From a virus (Duplodnaviria; Caudoviricetes), in the IMG/VR virus record IMGVR_UViG_3300021959_000147, positions 1 through 37,659 of that record: DNA of 37,659 bases; one strand, 5' to 3'. Both the position numbers and the translations under genes were made by a program. Shown here piece after piece: positions 26,443 through 34,894 of this stretch. How positions within the stretch are numbered: the stretch's first letter is position 1; the number at the start of each line of letters is the position of its first letter. The notes under the pieces were generated by a model. It saw only the letters and a program-made list of their open reading frames with translations, did no database searches and was not told where the DNA came from.

Positions 26443-26870
26443 ACGAGCCCTTTCGTCAGCTGACCCCATAGATCGGGGCTCCGACTTGCGAATGAGAACG
26501 GGATCGACCTCGCGGCGTCCCGCAATTCATTTTCGGAACACGTCGCCAAATCCCGAGCAACCTTGGCCCGAAACTCCTCGACATCACGATCGTACTGAGC
26601 CTCAGCTTCAGCATCCTTCATCGAGTCAGTCCAGACCGACTCCAGCCGCTCCGGCTTGAGATGGTTGTAGGCGTCAAGGATCCACTTCAGCTGAGGAGTA
26701 GCGGAAGCGTATTTGACGCGAACCTCGTCCATCGCTTCCATCAGCCTTGCGGGATTCTTGTCCTTGAGCTTCCTATACCAGAGCTTCCTCGTCGGCTCGT
26801 TCAAGTCTGCGTTGGGCCAATACTCCCCGAGCCTTTTTCTCGCGTCATTCATCGACGGTTCATTGTTCAT
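26367..26870 (-). CDS. Putative helicase loader/inhibitor-like replication protein
   Basis: GGAGG SD before ATG 26870; YWPN...LWYRKLKD...AMDEV...PQLKWI resembles SPP1 G39P-type N-terminal domain. Confidence 0.45.
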   Translation of the reverse strand: MNNEPSMNDARKRLGEYWPNADLNEPTRKLWYRKLKDKNPARLMEAMDEVRVKYASATPQLKWILDAYNHLKPERLESVWTDSMKDAEAEAQYDRDVEEFRAKVARDLATCSENELRDAARSIPFSFASRSPDLWGQLTKGLVWLKLFGNSSSNASPSPNPEPGQPG

Positions 26871-27294
26871 TTTTGCCTCCCTGTAGAAACGCTCGAACTG
26901 CTGATCTGCCCTCCAAGCCACTCGCTTGGAGCATCATTCTCTTCGTGTCTTCTGGTATCTCGCGATACCTGTTCATCGCGGTGCAGCACGCCCCTGCGCT
27001 GAGGTCCAGAACCTTCCGGATCTCTGGGGTCGTGAACTGCATGCCCCTGAGCTGGCCCACGATGAACGCCATGCAATCCTGACGATCTTCTGCATCGCCA
27101 TAGTCAGCTTCGTTCAGCCCCTGACGGACCTTCGCTGGCCGGCGAGTGATATACGAACAGCTATCCTCGTCGATGCACCCGTGCCTCCAGTACCTGAAGG
27201 GCAGCGAGTACATCATGCACCAATTCCTGATCACCGCATTCATCATCTCCGTTCTCTTCGGAGTGACCATCGCGTAGTCAGTAACTCTAGCCAT
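26860..27294 (-). CDS. HTH protein with DnaA domain IV/TrpR-like C-terminal half
   Basis: RQDCMAFIVGQLRGMQFTTPEIRKVLDLSAGACCTAMNRY resembles RQIAMYL..EL...SLPEIG..F....TV..A. Confidence 0.4.
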   Translation of the reverse strand: MARVTDYAMVTPKRTEMMNAVIRNWCMMYSLPFRYWRHGCIDEDSCSYITRRPAKVRQGLNEADYGDAEDRQDCMAFIVGQLRGMQFTTPEIRKVLDLSAGACCTAMNRYREIPEDTKRMMLQASGLEGRSAVRAFLQGGKNEQ

Positions 27295-27499
27295 TCATCT
27301 CCTCGCTCATCTGGTCTACGAACTCTCGAACCCACTTGCAACGAATCAGGAACCGGCCCTTGTCCTTGCCCGATCGGAACGCCCGAAGGCGTCCCGATCG
27401 GATCCAGTCTCGGACTCGCTCATCCGTGACCCTCAGCCACTCAGCGGCTTCCTTCACCGTAACGAACGACTCATCGTGGTATTCAGAAGGGGATGTCAT
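27287..27499 (-). CDS. Excisionase-like HTH DNA-binding protein
   Basis: FVTVKEAAEWLRVTDERVRDWIRSGRLRAFR...FLI. Confidence 0.88.
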   Translation of the reverse strand: MTSPSEYHDESFVTVKEAAEWLRVTDERVRDWIRSGRLRAFRSGKDKGRFLIRCKWVREFVDQMSEEMNG

Positions 27500-27737
27500 C
27501 GGAGCTCACCGCCTTCTTCTCTTCCGGCGCCGGCGTGTCCTTCTTCGGCTGCGGCTTTCCGATCTTCAGGCTCATGTACTTCTGGCCGCCCGCCGAGTCG
27601 CGGAGCCACGCGGCAATCTCGAACTCTTCGCCGTCCTCAAGAATGCCCCTACCCTTGTAGTCGGGCTGGTTCTCCTTCTCCTTGCGATCGTTCTTGAAAA
27701 GGGATCCGAATCCGGGCTTGTGTTGAAATCCACTCAT
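27483..27737 (-). CDS. Small single-stranded DNA-binding protein
   Basis: GSLFKND...QPDYKG...IAAW...YMSLKI and acidic tail DDIPF; next to ERF. Confidence 0.8.
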   Translation of the reverse strand: MSGFQHKPGFGSLFKNDRKEKENQPDYKGRGILEDGEEFEIAAWLRDSAGGQKYMSLKIGKPQPKKDTPAPEEKKAVSSDDIPF

Positions 27738-28360
27738 GACTTGCTCTCCTTGCTCGATTCGAGCATCTTCTGAAGTAGTTCTTCGGGCATCTGGCTAACC
27801 TTCGTGATCCGCCGACCTTCGACGGCAGACGCCCTTTCCATGCAGCTCTCAAGCCAGCTTCCGCCGTCGGCCTTCAGCCTTGCAGCCTCCATCACGGCAG
27901 AGACCAAGGGCGAGCCGGGGTCGGCCGGGGCGGTGACCGCCGGCTTCCGGACGGGCTCGTCGTCCGACCTGTTGTCGACCTCCAGCTCATCAACACGCGG
28001 AACGAGCAGCAGGTCTCGAAGCGTGTAGCTCAGAGCGGTCGTGACCGCCCCGAGGACGGCCTTGTCAGCAGGCCGACCCTTGGTCTCGACGATTGGGATG
28101 TCCGCGCTGAAGTGCCGCTCCTCTCCAGAATCGGCGTGGGTCAAGCAGAAGTTGGAACGAACCAGCGTGCCTTCTACGAACCAAGACGAACGGTTGAACA
28201 GAAGGCCGTTCGAGATCAGCGCCTTCCTGAGTTGGCCGACCATGCCATCCGCGGACACGTAGTCGTACTTCGCGAACTCGTTCCTAGCGTTCTTGACGAC
28301 TCCGGCAACGTCAGCCTGAGCGGCCAACAACGCCTTCGCCAAATGCTTCTCGTTTTCCAT
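27734..28360 (-). CDS. erf: ERF family ssDNA annealing protein
   Basis: ALLAAQ...KNARN...YDY...LTHADSGE...GAVTTALSYTLRDLLLVP; ATG 28360 in TGATG overlap. Confidence 0.85.
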   Translation of the reverse strand: MENEKHLAKALLAAQADVAGVVKNARNEFAKYDYVSADGMVGQLRKALISNGLLFNRSSWFVEGTLVRSNFCLTHADSGEERHFSADIPIVETKGRPADKAVLGAVTTALSYTLRDLLLVPRVDELEVDNRSDDEPVRKPAVTAPADPGSPLVSAVMEAARLKADGGSWLESCMERASAVEGRRITKVSQMPEELLQKMLESSKESKS

Positions 28361-29139
28361 CAGTGGTTCTCCTTCAAGAGCCATGCAGGGGGTAAAACCT
28401 CGACAGGTTTGTCGTACGAAATCCAGTAGTCATTCTTGCTGCGATTGTAGAACTGCCCGAGCCATTCCAGCACGGTCTTCCGACCGAGGTCCAGTGACTC
28501 GCGGGACATCTTGAACACGCAGACTTCGAACGGGGCCGTCTTCTCGACGGCCACGAAGAAGAAGTCGGTGATCGGATATCCGCATCGGGCCGCGCCAGAC
28601 GAATACCACGCTGCCTGAGTGTGGTAGAAGTAGTTGAAGATCTGTCGGCCGAACGCCGCAGGGGTCGCATCAATCGTCGTCTTCAGGTCGACCATGATCG
28701 TCTTCTCGACGATCGCGTCGGCCTTGCACTTGCAGTCAATTCCCCACAGATCATCCTTCCAGTAGCACTCGGTCTCCGCGACCCATGACCCTTGGAACAG
28801 CTCCTTCACCACCGGGTGATTGTGGACCGACTCCGACATCCGAACCGCAGTGTCGTACTGATCCTTCGTGAAGACCATTTTATCAGCGTTATCCGACTCG
28901 AACTCCTTCCACTTCTCCTTGCCAACCTTGGTTCGCTTCGAGACTTCCGGAGCCACGGCGACGTGCTTCGGAACGAGGTGGGGTTCGAGGACGCAGAGAT
29001 GAGCAAGCGTACCGAGACGCATCGCCTCGGTCTCCGCCGTGCCGTTCTCCATCTGGTGCTTCACGCGAGCAGCGCCCTTCGAGAATGCCTTCAGGGTGCT
29101 GTGGTTTACGCCGGGGTGGTTCCAGTATTGCTCATCCAT
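28360..29139 (-). CDS. RecE/exonuclease VIII-like PD-(D/E)xK nuclease (DUF3799-like)
   Basis: NHSTLK, GTLAHLCVLEP, CKCKAD, VDLKTT, YHTQAAWY, FVAVEKTAPF. Confidence 0.92.
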   Translation of the reverse strand: MDEQYWNHPGVNHSTLKAFSKGAARVKHQMENGTAETEAMRLGTLAHLCVLEPHLVPKHVAVAPEVSKRTKVGKEKWKEFESDNADKMVFTKDQYDTAVRMSESVHNHPVVKELFQGSWVAETECYWKDDLWGIDCKCKADAIVEKTIMVDLKTTIDATPAAFGRQIFNYFYHTQAAWYSSGAARCGYPITDFFFVAVEKTAPFEVCVFKMSRESLDLGRKTVLEWLGQFYNRSKNDYWISYDKPVEVLPPAWLLKENH

Positions 29140-29174
29140 GCCGAAACCCTACCATTCGAAAAGAAACGTGTCAA
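29139..29174 (-). promoter_or_regulatory. Sigma70-type promoter, probably leaderless
   Basis: TTGACA (29174-29169), 17-nt spacer ending TGG, TAGGGT (29151-29146), 6 nt, then ATG 29139; no SD. Confidence 0.75.
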
Positions 29175-29187
29175 ACCGTGCGAGGAC

Positions 29188-29224
29188 AAAAGAAAACCCC
29201 CCGCCGGCCGAAGCCAGCGGGGGG
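29188..29224 (-). terminator. Intrinsic terminator closing the head operon
   Basis: CCCCCCGCTGGC-TTCG-GCCGGCGGGGGG followed by TTTTCTTTT. Confidence 0.92.
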
Positions 29225-29246
29225 CAGGAGTTGCGTCCTGTACCGA

Positions 29247-29933
29247 TCAGGAACGTGGGACTTCCGCGTAGACCCAGTCGACCTCTGCAAGAGCAGTGGA
29301 TGTTGGCTGCGTCACAAAGAGGCCCATCGCGTTGTCGTCGAAGTGGCCGGTGATAGGCACCGGGACATCATCAACAAGCGTCGCGACCAAGACGCCGTTC
29401 ACGTAGAACTTGGCGTGGTACTTGTTTTCGATTCGCTTCAGCGTCCCGCCGAATTCAAAGTTGGCGGCGGAAGTCCAACCTTCGCCAAGCGCAGTCTGCG
29501 AAAGAGTAACCGCCACTTCGCTTCGGGTGCCGTTGTTGTCATCGAGGTAGCAGGTGACAACATCCTGCGCCGGGGTCAGGCCACAGGCGAGAGCGATCGC
29601 GAACGAGTGGCTGAGGCCAGCCGCTGATCCAGCAGCATCCCCGAAGCCGCATTCGAACTCGCTGTCCCCGTTGTGCGCACTCAGCTTCGCCTTAACGACA
29701 AACGAGATCTCGTCGTTCTTTTCGAGCTCGGGGGTGATCATCGCCCCGATCATCGTCGAGACATCTGAGCCGTCGGCGTTGGTCATAGCTCCGCCACCGA
29801 GGGTCCAGTCAGCAACCGTGAAGCTCGACTGGGCGACGCCGTTGAAGTCTTCGAAGAAGACAATCCGTTCGGTCTCGGCGCGAGTCGGAGGCCCCTGTGC
29901 GCCTCGGTTTACAGTAACAATTGAGGTACTCAT
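29247..29933 (-). CDS. Putative capsid decoration protein, beta-sandwich/lectin-like
   Basis: Between capsid gene and terminator; FFEDFNG...KFYVNGVLVAT...EVDWVYA. Confidence 0.55.
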   Translation of the reverse strand: MSTSIVTVNRGAQGPPTRAETERIVFFEDFNGVAQSSFTVADWTLGGGAMTNADGSDVSTMIGAMITPELEKNDEISFVVKAKLSAHNGDSEFECGFGDAAGSAAGLSHSFAIALACGLTPAQDVVTCYLDDNNGTRSEVAVTLSQTALGEGWTSAANFEFGGTLKRIENKYHAKFYVNGVLVATLVDDVPVPITGHFDDNAMGLFVTQPTSTALAEVDWVYAEVPRS

Positions 29934-29954
29934 TGGAGTTTTCCTTCCCGCCTA

Positions 29955-31115
29955 TCAGGCGTAGACAAGCTTTGCAGCGTCGTTCTTGAGGACGAAGTTG
30001 CGACGACGATCGGTGCAACGGATGTTCATCGAGAGGTCGACATGAGTGGTCATGACAGTGTGCTGGTTCGGCGCGGTGTCCGGCCCAGTCTCACGCATGT
30101 ACTCGCCTTCGAGGAAGCACGACTCGAACACGCCCCAGTTGATCCCGTAGATCGGGAACGCTGCGGCGCCACCAGTGAGAGTGACGTTCGAATCAAGGTA
30201 CGGGCAGTAGGTAAGGGGGATACCCCGGAAGACCACCTTGCCGTCCGTCGCAGCGACATCCATTCCGAGGTTGTCGTTGCGGCGAGCAAGGACCTCTTCA
30301 AGGTACGAGATAACCTTGTAGTTGGTGTAGAGGCCGTAGCGGTTGCCCTTGTTGTAGTCCGCAACCTGAGCGCCGGGGATCGGCTTGAAGTTGCACTTGG
30401 TGTACGCCTCACGAAGCTCAGCGACCATGTCGGAGAACCCGGTCGAATCCGGGTTACCGCCACCAGTCTGTCCATGGCCGTTGCCGTCGGTGGCGTACGT
30501 CGGAGCAGACAACGAGGCAACGCTGTCGCTGTACACGCCCTGCCAGTTCTGCCAGCGAGGAGTATTGGCGGGGTTGATACCGGCCACATCGGTGAACCCG
30601 GTAGGAACTCCGCCGAGGAATCCAGAAGTGCTGGTGTCGGCGTCCGAGATCCAGTACCCGACACCGTAGATCTTCTTGTCGTCGGCGGGTCCGGTGGGGA
30701 CGCCCCAGAAACGCTTCTCGATGTGCTCGGCAAGCGAGATCATCGCATCGTTTCGACGGATGCGAACGAGGTCCACGATCTGGGCGGGAGCACGGTTGAT
30801 CGCGATCTCTCGACGCTCGATCGAGTAGTTCGCAGTCATGTGCCGGTACGGGATCTGAGCGGTCGCCATCACATCAGCGACGTTCATCTGGTCGACCTCG
30901 TACAGGCCGGTGTCCCGTGCGGAACCCGACTGGTCAGTCATGAGGTTCCACTGGATGTTGGGGCCGCCGGTGAAATTCACCCGCGACTCATTGAGAAGCT
31001 CGCGAAGAGCACAGTGGTCCTGAATGTCGGTCGCGATCTCGGTGAACCGAGCGCGGCCGAGCTCGTTCTGCGTCGTCTTGATCAGATCGACGAGATCGTT
31101 GGCTTGCAGACTCAT
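29955..31115 (-). CDS. Major capsid protein
   Basis: AGGAG SD, 386 aa, after scaffold; GGPNIQW, AQIPYRH...NYSI...E...N...IVDLV, GINP....WQN, FRGIPL. Confidence 0.85.
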   Translation of the reverse strand: MSLQANDLVDLIKTTQNELGRARFTEIATDIQDHCALRELLNESRVNFTGGPNIQWNLMTDQSGSARDTGLYEVDQMNVADVMATAQIPYRHMTANYSIERREIAINRAPAQIVDLVRIRRNDAMISLAEHIEKRFWGVPTGPADDKKIYGVGYWISDADTSTSGFLGGVPTGFTDVAGINPANTPRWQNWQGVYSDSVASLSAPTYATDGNGHGQTGGGNPDSTGFSDMVAELREAYTKCNFKPIPGAQVADYNKGNRYGLYTNYKVISYLEEVLARRNDNLGMDVAATDGKVVFRGIPLTYCPYLDSNVTLTGGAAAFPIYGINWGVFESCFLEGEYMRETGPDTAPNQHTVMTTHVDLSMNIRCTDRRRNFVLKNDAAKLVYA

Positions 31116-31134
31116 TAGAAACGCTCCTTACCGT

Positions 31135-31836
31135 TCAACCATTGATTCCGAGCTCACGCATCCGAGCCTCGACGGCCTTCTTCGCTCGATCGCGAGCCGA
31201 TGCCGACTCCCCGGTTCGAGCAGAAGGACGCGAGATGATCTGACGCTCGCGAGATTGAATCTTCTTGGTGAACGAGTTTCGTTCTTCGTTGATAGCTGCG
31301 TCGGGGAATTCCGAACGCAACGCCTTGTCGAAAAGGTCGGAGTCAGAAGGCATCTTCTTCTTGGTGGCCTTGTAGCCACTGCGAAGAATTTCCATCTGAT
31401 CCTGTACCCGCTGCCGGTTTGAAGATTCGGTCGGGGATGGCTCATCCGATCCGAAGATTTCCTCTCGTCCTGCGAACAGGTCGGTGGTTGGCTTTGCCTC
31501 CGTCGGCGCCGCCGCCACCTTCGCGGCGAGCTTCTTCTCCAGATCGTTGACCTTTGCAGTCATCGTTCCGAGAATCTTCTCTACCGCAGAAGCCAGCTCT
31601 GAGTCGAGGAAGTCATCGGCCTTGCCGATCGTGACTTCTTCCCCGGCCTCGATCACTGGCTCTTCGGCCACCTCTTCGACAGCGGAATGTTCATCGCTGG
31701 CAGGAGTGGCGTCCTCGGTCACGGGCTCGGGATCGCTGGAATGTTCGTCAGCGACCTCGTCTCGTACGACCTCGGTGGGGTCTTGAATGTCGAAGGGCTC
31801 TCGCTCTTCAACGACGTTTGATTCGTTCTCAGTCAT
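31135..31836 (-). CDS. Capsid scaffolding protein
   Basis: Acidic disordered N-terminus, helical middle, basic C-terminal helix; directly upstream of capsid gene. Confidence 0.7.
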   Translation of the reverse strand: MTENESNVVEEREPFDIQDPTEVVRDEVADEHSSDPEPVTEDATPASDEHSAVEEVAEEPVIEAGEEVTIGKADDFLDSELASAVEKILGTMTAKVNDLEKKLAAKVAAAPTEAKPTTDLFAGREEIFGSDEPSPTESSNRQRVQDQMEILRSGYKATKKKMPSDSDLFDKALRSEFPDAAINEERNSFTKKIQSRERQIISRPSARTGESASARDRAKKAVEARMRELGING

Positions 31837-32191
31837 AGCCTTGCCTATCCCTCATTCCGAGGGCCTTCATAGCAGCTCGTCTGTGAGCGGCGTTTTCGAA
31901 GATGGCCCGCCCGTCGCGGGTGTAATTCAAGTTTACACCCTTGGCACGCATCTCCTTCATCATCTTCGGAACTTCGTCAGGATGAGTCCCTGCGGAATCC
32001 GATGTCATCGGCCATCCGGCGGAATTCGGGTTCACGCCCGAGTGCTCGCATCCGATACATCGAGACCAGAGAACTTCATCGATCAGCAAGTCTCCGTCGT
32101 GCTTGTCAGTGCGATTGCACATCTCAGCGACGGACATCATCATCTTCTTCTCTTCCCCGGTTTCTGGATGGGTGAAGATGTACGTCGGCAT
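31829..32191 (-). CDS. Hypothetical protein with degenerate FmdB-like N-terminus
   Basis: MPTYIF start, one CxxC (CIGC); TGATG coupling. Confidence 0.55.
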   Translation of the reverse strand: MPTYIFTHPETGEEKKMMMSVAEMCNRTDKHDGDLLIDEVLWSRCIGCEHSGVNPNSAGWPMTSDSAGTHPDEVPKMMKEMRAKGVNLNYTRDGRAIFENAAHRRAAMKALGMRDRQGYD

Positions 32192-32568
32192 CAGCGTCCG
32201 CCCTTTCCGCCCGTGTTCCCCCGAGGTCGATTATTGGCGGTGCCGCCCTTGTTGCCGAAATCGCCGGGGCCTACCTTGCGAGTGCCGCCGCCACCCTTGT
32301 TGAATGTGCCTTCTCGCTTCTCCCTCGCGGCTTTCTTTCGCTTTTCAAGGTCGGCCGCGGCAGCTCTCCGCTTGGCTTTCTCTGCGTTCCTCGCGATGCG
32401 TTGAGCGTGACGACCCTGCGGCCTACTCACATTCATCCCGCTCACCAAGGTCCCCTTGGTGATGTCGACCTTCGGCTTGGGAGGATCAGGCTTCGTGTAG
32501 TCCGCAGACCTGTCTTTGAAACCCGCACTGAAACGGTCGGCCATTGCTTCGTATTCGTCCTTCGCCAT
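32191..32568 (-). CDS. Basic Gly/Lys/Arg-rich protein (125 aa)
   Basis: Start reassigned to ATG 32568 (TAATG overlap). Confidence 0.7.
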   Translation of the reverse strand: MAKDEYEAMADRFSAGFKDRSADYTKPDPPKPKVDITKGTLVSGMNVSRPQGRHAQRIARNAEKAKRRAAAADLEKRKKAAREKREGTFNKGGGGTRKVGPGDFGNKGGTANNRPRGNTGGKGGR

Positions 32569-32696
32569 TACTTGTACCTCATTTTCTTCATGACCTTCTT
32601 CGCCGGCTTCTTCTTGGAAGTCTTCTTGGCGGCCTTCTTGGCCGCGGCCATGCCTGCTTTGGTGTAGGGGAACTTCTTTCCGTTTACGTTCGGCAT
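32568..32696 (-). CDS. 42-aa Lys-rich protein (not in ORF track)
   Basis: MPNVNGKKFPYTKAGMAAAKKAAKKTSKKKPAKKVMKKMRYK*; TAATG overlaps on both sides. Confidence 0.85.
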   Translation of the reverse strand: MPNVNGKKFPYTKAGMAAAKKAAKKTSKKKPAKKVMKKMRYK

Positions 32697-32830
32697 TACT
32701 TCTTCCTCGCAGTCTTCTTGGAGTCTCTGAAAGCCTTGTCGGTCGGCGCACCCTTATCGCCCTTCTTCCGCATCTTCTTCCCTGCCTTTTTCTTCGCGTT
32801 GATGTTCGCGTACAAACCACGCTTCGCCAT
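32696..32830 (-). CDS. 44-aa Lys/Arg-rich protein (not in ORF track)
   Basis: AGGAG SD; MAKRGLYANINAKKKAGKKMRKKGDKGAPTDKAFRDSKKTARKK*. Confidence 0.85.
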   Translation of the reverse strand: MAKRGLYANINAKKKAGKKMRKKGDKGAPTDKAFRDSKKTARKK

Positions 32831-32844
32831 AACGAGCTCCTAAT

Positions 32845-33105
32845 TCAAGAACAGTTCCATCGCTTCCGCGCAGCCTTTCCACGCGGCCCATCCCATCCCT
32901 GAGATCGAGCACAGAAGGACTTCCTTCTTGAGGCCCGCTTGCCTGTCGGGTTCTTCTCGGTGACAGCAGTCTTCAGCTTACTACCGGGGTTCTGCTTCCG
33001 GTACTTCTTCACGCCCTTCGCCGTCATGCCGGCGCCGGCCTTGACCGACCGCTTGTCGCCAGAGCTGACGCTCATTCCCTTCATGCTGCCTTTCTTCTTC
33101 GCCAT
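32845..33105 (-). CDS. 86-aa basic protein (DUF6321-like)
   Basis: GMTAKGVKKYR..NPGSKLKTAV...RRKSFCAR...RKRWNC. Confidence 0.8.
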   Translation of the reverse strand: MAKKKGSMKGMSVSSGDKRSVKAGAGMTAKGVKKYRKQNPGSKLKTAVTEKNPTGKRASRRKSFCARSQGWDGPRGKAARKRWNCS

Positions 33106-33106
33106 G

Positions 33107-34894
33107 TCAGTTCCCCGGCCGCTGCATCATCTGGTCTTGCTGGGGCGTCGGGTTCATGCCGAGCATCGCCTGTGACATCACGGTGTCCCGTGCCGCACGA
33201 GTTCCACCAGTCGGCGTGTACTTCCTCGGCGCCGATCCGCCAGAGGTCCGCGTCTCGGCACTCGAAGCTTGGGCTTCGGCTTCGCCGGTCGGGTCCGGCG
33301 GCGACCCCGCCGGCACGACGAGCTCCATCACCTCAGGGGTGTTGGTCAGCTCTGCCACCTGACGAGTGAACGCAGCGGCATCCAACATCAGCCCCTGCTG
33401 CTGCATTACTGGTGCGAGGGGCAACAGGTAGTTCGTCATCGTGCTGGTGATCGTCTGCAACCGCTGTGCAGGAGAGGCGTCCTGCATCGATACCGGAGCG
33501 ATATCCATCTCAAGCTCAAGGTACTCGGACTCCTTGCGGTCGGCCGGCTTGAACTTGGTGGGAACGGAGACGCCGCTCTGGCCGAGCGGGATCTCTAGAT
33601 CAAACTCTCGCACCGGGTCGTAGAACACCCAGCTCGAAACATCCTGAAGCACCTTTTTGGTGAAGGTCAGCATTCGGCTCTGCATATCGAGAACTTTCTC
33701 GCTGCTGCTGGCCTTGATCAGTTCCTCCTGCCCGAGCGTCCCGGCGGTCTGGCTCAAGCCGGCCATCGCATCAAGGTTGCCGGCGAGGTAGCTGAACATC
33801 TCTCGCATCTGGATGGTGAACGCGGCAGCCACCTGATCCGGCCCGCCAAACCGCATCTCCTTCGTCGCCTCAGGGCGGTCGACGCGAACGATGTCGCCGT
33901 CGTCCGCTTGAAGGATTCGGTTCCCGTCTTCGTCGGCGGCGCCAGCCACCACGGTGATCGTCTTCTGCCGTTCGAGCTGACGGATCAGCTTTCGGAACGC
34001 GCGGTTCATCGCGTCGTTCATATCGATCAAGTTGGTGATCGGCGGCACAGGCACGATCGTGCTGCTCATGTCCCCGAGGCCAAGGATGTGGTAGGGGCCA
34101 AGCTCGGGACCGTCCCAGTCGACTTCGCGAAGAGCCTTGCTAGTGTCGATGTTTCCAGACGGATCTGCGGCGAAGGTCGCCATCACCCGGTCGTACGGCA
34201 ACCAGATGTCCCAGAGCTCGACCATCGGGAATGCAGCGCTGTTGTCGGAGAAGTAGTTGTCCTCGTTGACCAGACTCTGAATTCGGCTGTCGCCGTACTC
34301 GTTCTGAGACAGGTTCGTCGCAGCCCTGAGATCATCGGCGTCCTTGCCGAAGATCCCCGACTCCTTCACCTGTTCAAGGGGAAGGAGGTAGCGGTTTCCG
34401 CAGTATTGCATCGACTCGAAGCGACGTGCGTTCATGTCGAGGAGCAGGTCGTCGGGGTCGATCGGGTCGACGAACGGAAGGCCCGAGTCATGCAGCTGAC
34501 CATGAAGCTCGGCTTGAACTCCCTCAGTCAATCCGACCTTGGCGGCGCCCACGAAGAAGATCGAGTCGAACACGACGCGGGACAGCGTGTCTCGAAGATC
34601 GATCTCTTTGATTGTCTGGTTGATCGTGAGCTCAAGCTTCTTCGCCAGAGGCGAAAGCTCTCGCTTGCGGGATGAAACCGTTACCGCGGGGTTCCTTGCC
34701 GCAAGGTTCCTCGCGAACGTCTGGACCGCGATGCTCAACATGTTGATCGGCATCTTCTCGTTCACATCGTCGCCGCGACCCCAATGCTGGCCGACGTACG
34801 CACGAACGAACTTGTGCCTTCGCTCGCGGTAGGGAGTGAGCTGTTTCCTGCTCCACTCAACCGCGGTCTGAAGCTTCTGGTACTTGCTCACCAT
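33107..34894 (-). CDS. Portal protein
   Basis: 595 aa directly after terminase; PINMLSIAVQ...LAARNP, VDP.DLLLD, VELWDIW, TAGTLGQE patterns of P22-like portals. Confidence 0.85.
   Translation of the reverse strand: MVSKYQKLQTAVEWSRKQLTPYRERRHKFVRAYVGQHWGRGDDVNEKMPINMLSIAVQTFARNLAARNPAVTVSSRKRELSPLAKKLELTINQTIKEIDLRDTLSRVVFDSIFFVGAAKVGLTEGVQAELHGQLHDSGLPFVDPIDPDDLLLDMNARRFESMQYCGNRYLLPLEQVKESGIFGKDADDLRAATNLSQNEYGDSRIQSLVNEDNYFSDNSAAFPMVELWDIWLPYDRVMATFAADPSGNIDTSKALREVDWDGPELGPYHILGLGDMSSTIVPVPPITNLIDMNDAMNRAFRKLIRQLERQKTITVVAGAADEDGNRILQADDGDIVRVDRPEATKEMRFGGPDQVAAAFTIQMREMFSYLAGNLDAMAGLSQTAGTLGQEELIKASSSEKVLDMQSRMLTFTKKVLQDVSSWVFYDPVREFDLEIPLGQSGVSVPTKFKPADRKESEYLELEMDIAPVSMQDASPAQRLQTITSTMTNYLLPLAPVMQQQGLMLDAAAFTRQVAELTNTPEVMELVVPAGSPPDPTGEAEAQASSAETRTSGGSAPRKYTPTGGTRAARDTVMSQAMLGMNPTPQQDQMMQRPGN

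Noticed and set aside
27287-27499. Excisionase-like gene as evidence of lysogeny
   Set aside because: No integrase, att site or repressor switch in the window; such HTH genes also occur in non-integrating phages
32569-32820. N-terminal part of the 209-aa ORF 32191-32820
   Set aside because: Better explained by two small genes in other frames with SD and TAATG coupling; real start at 32568
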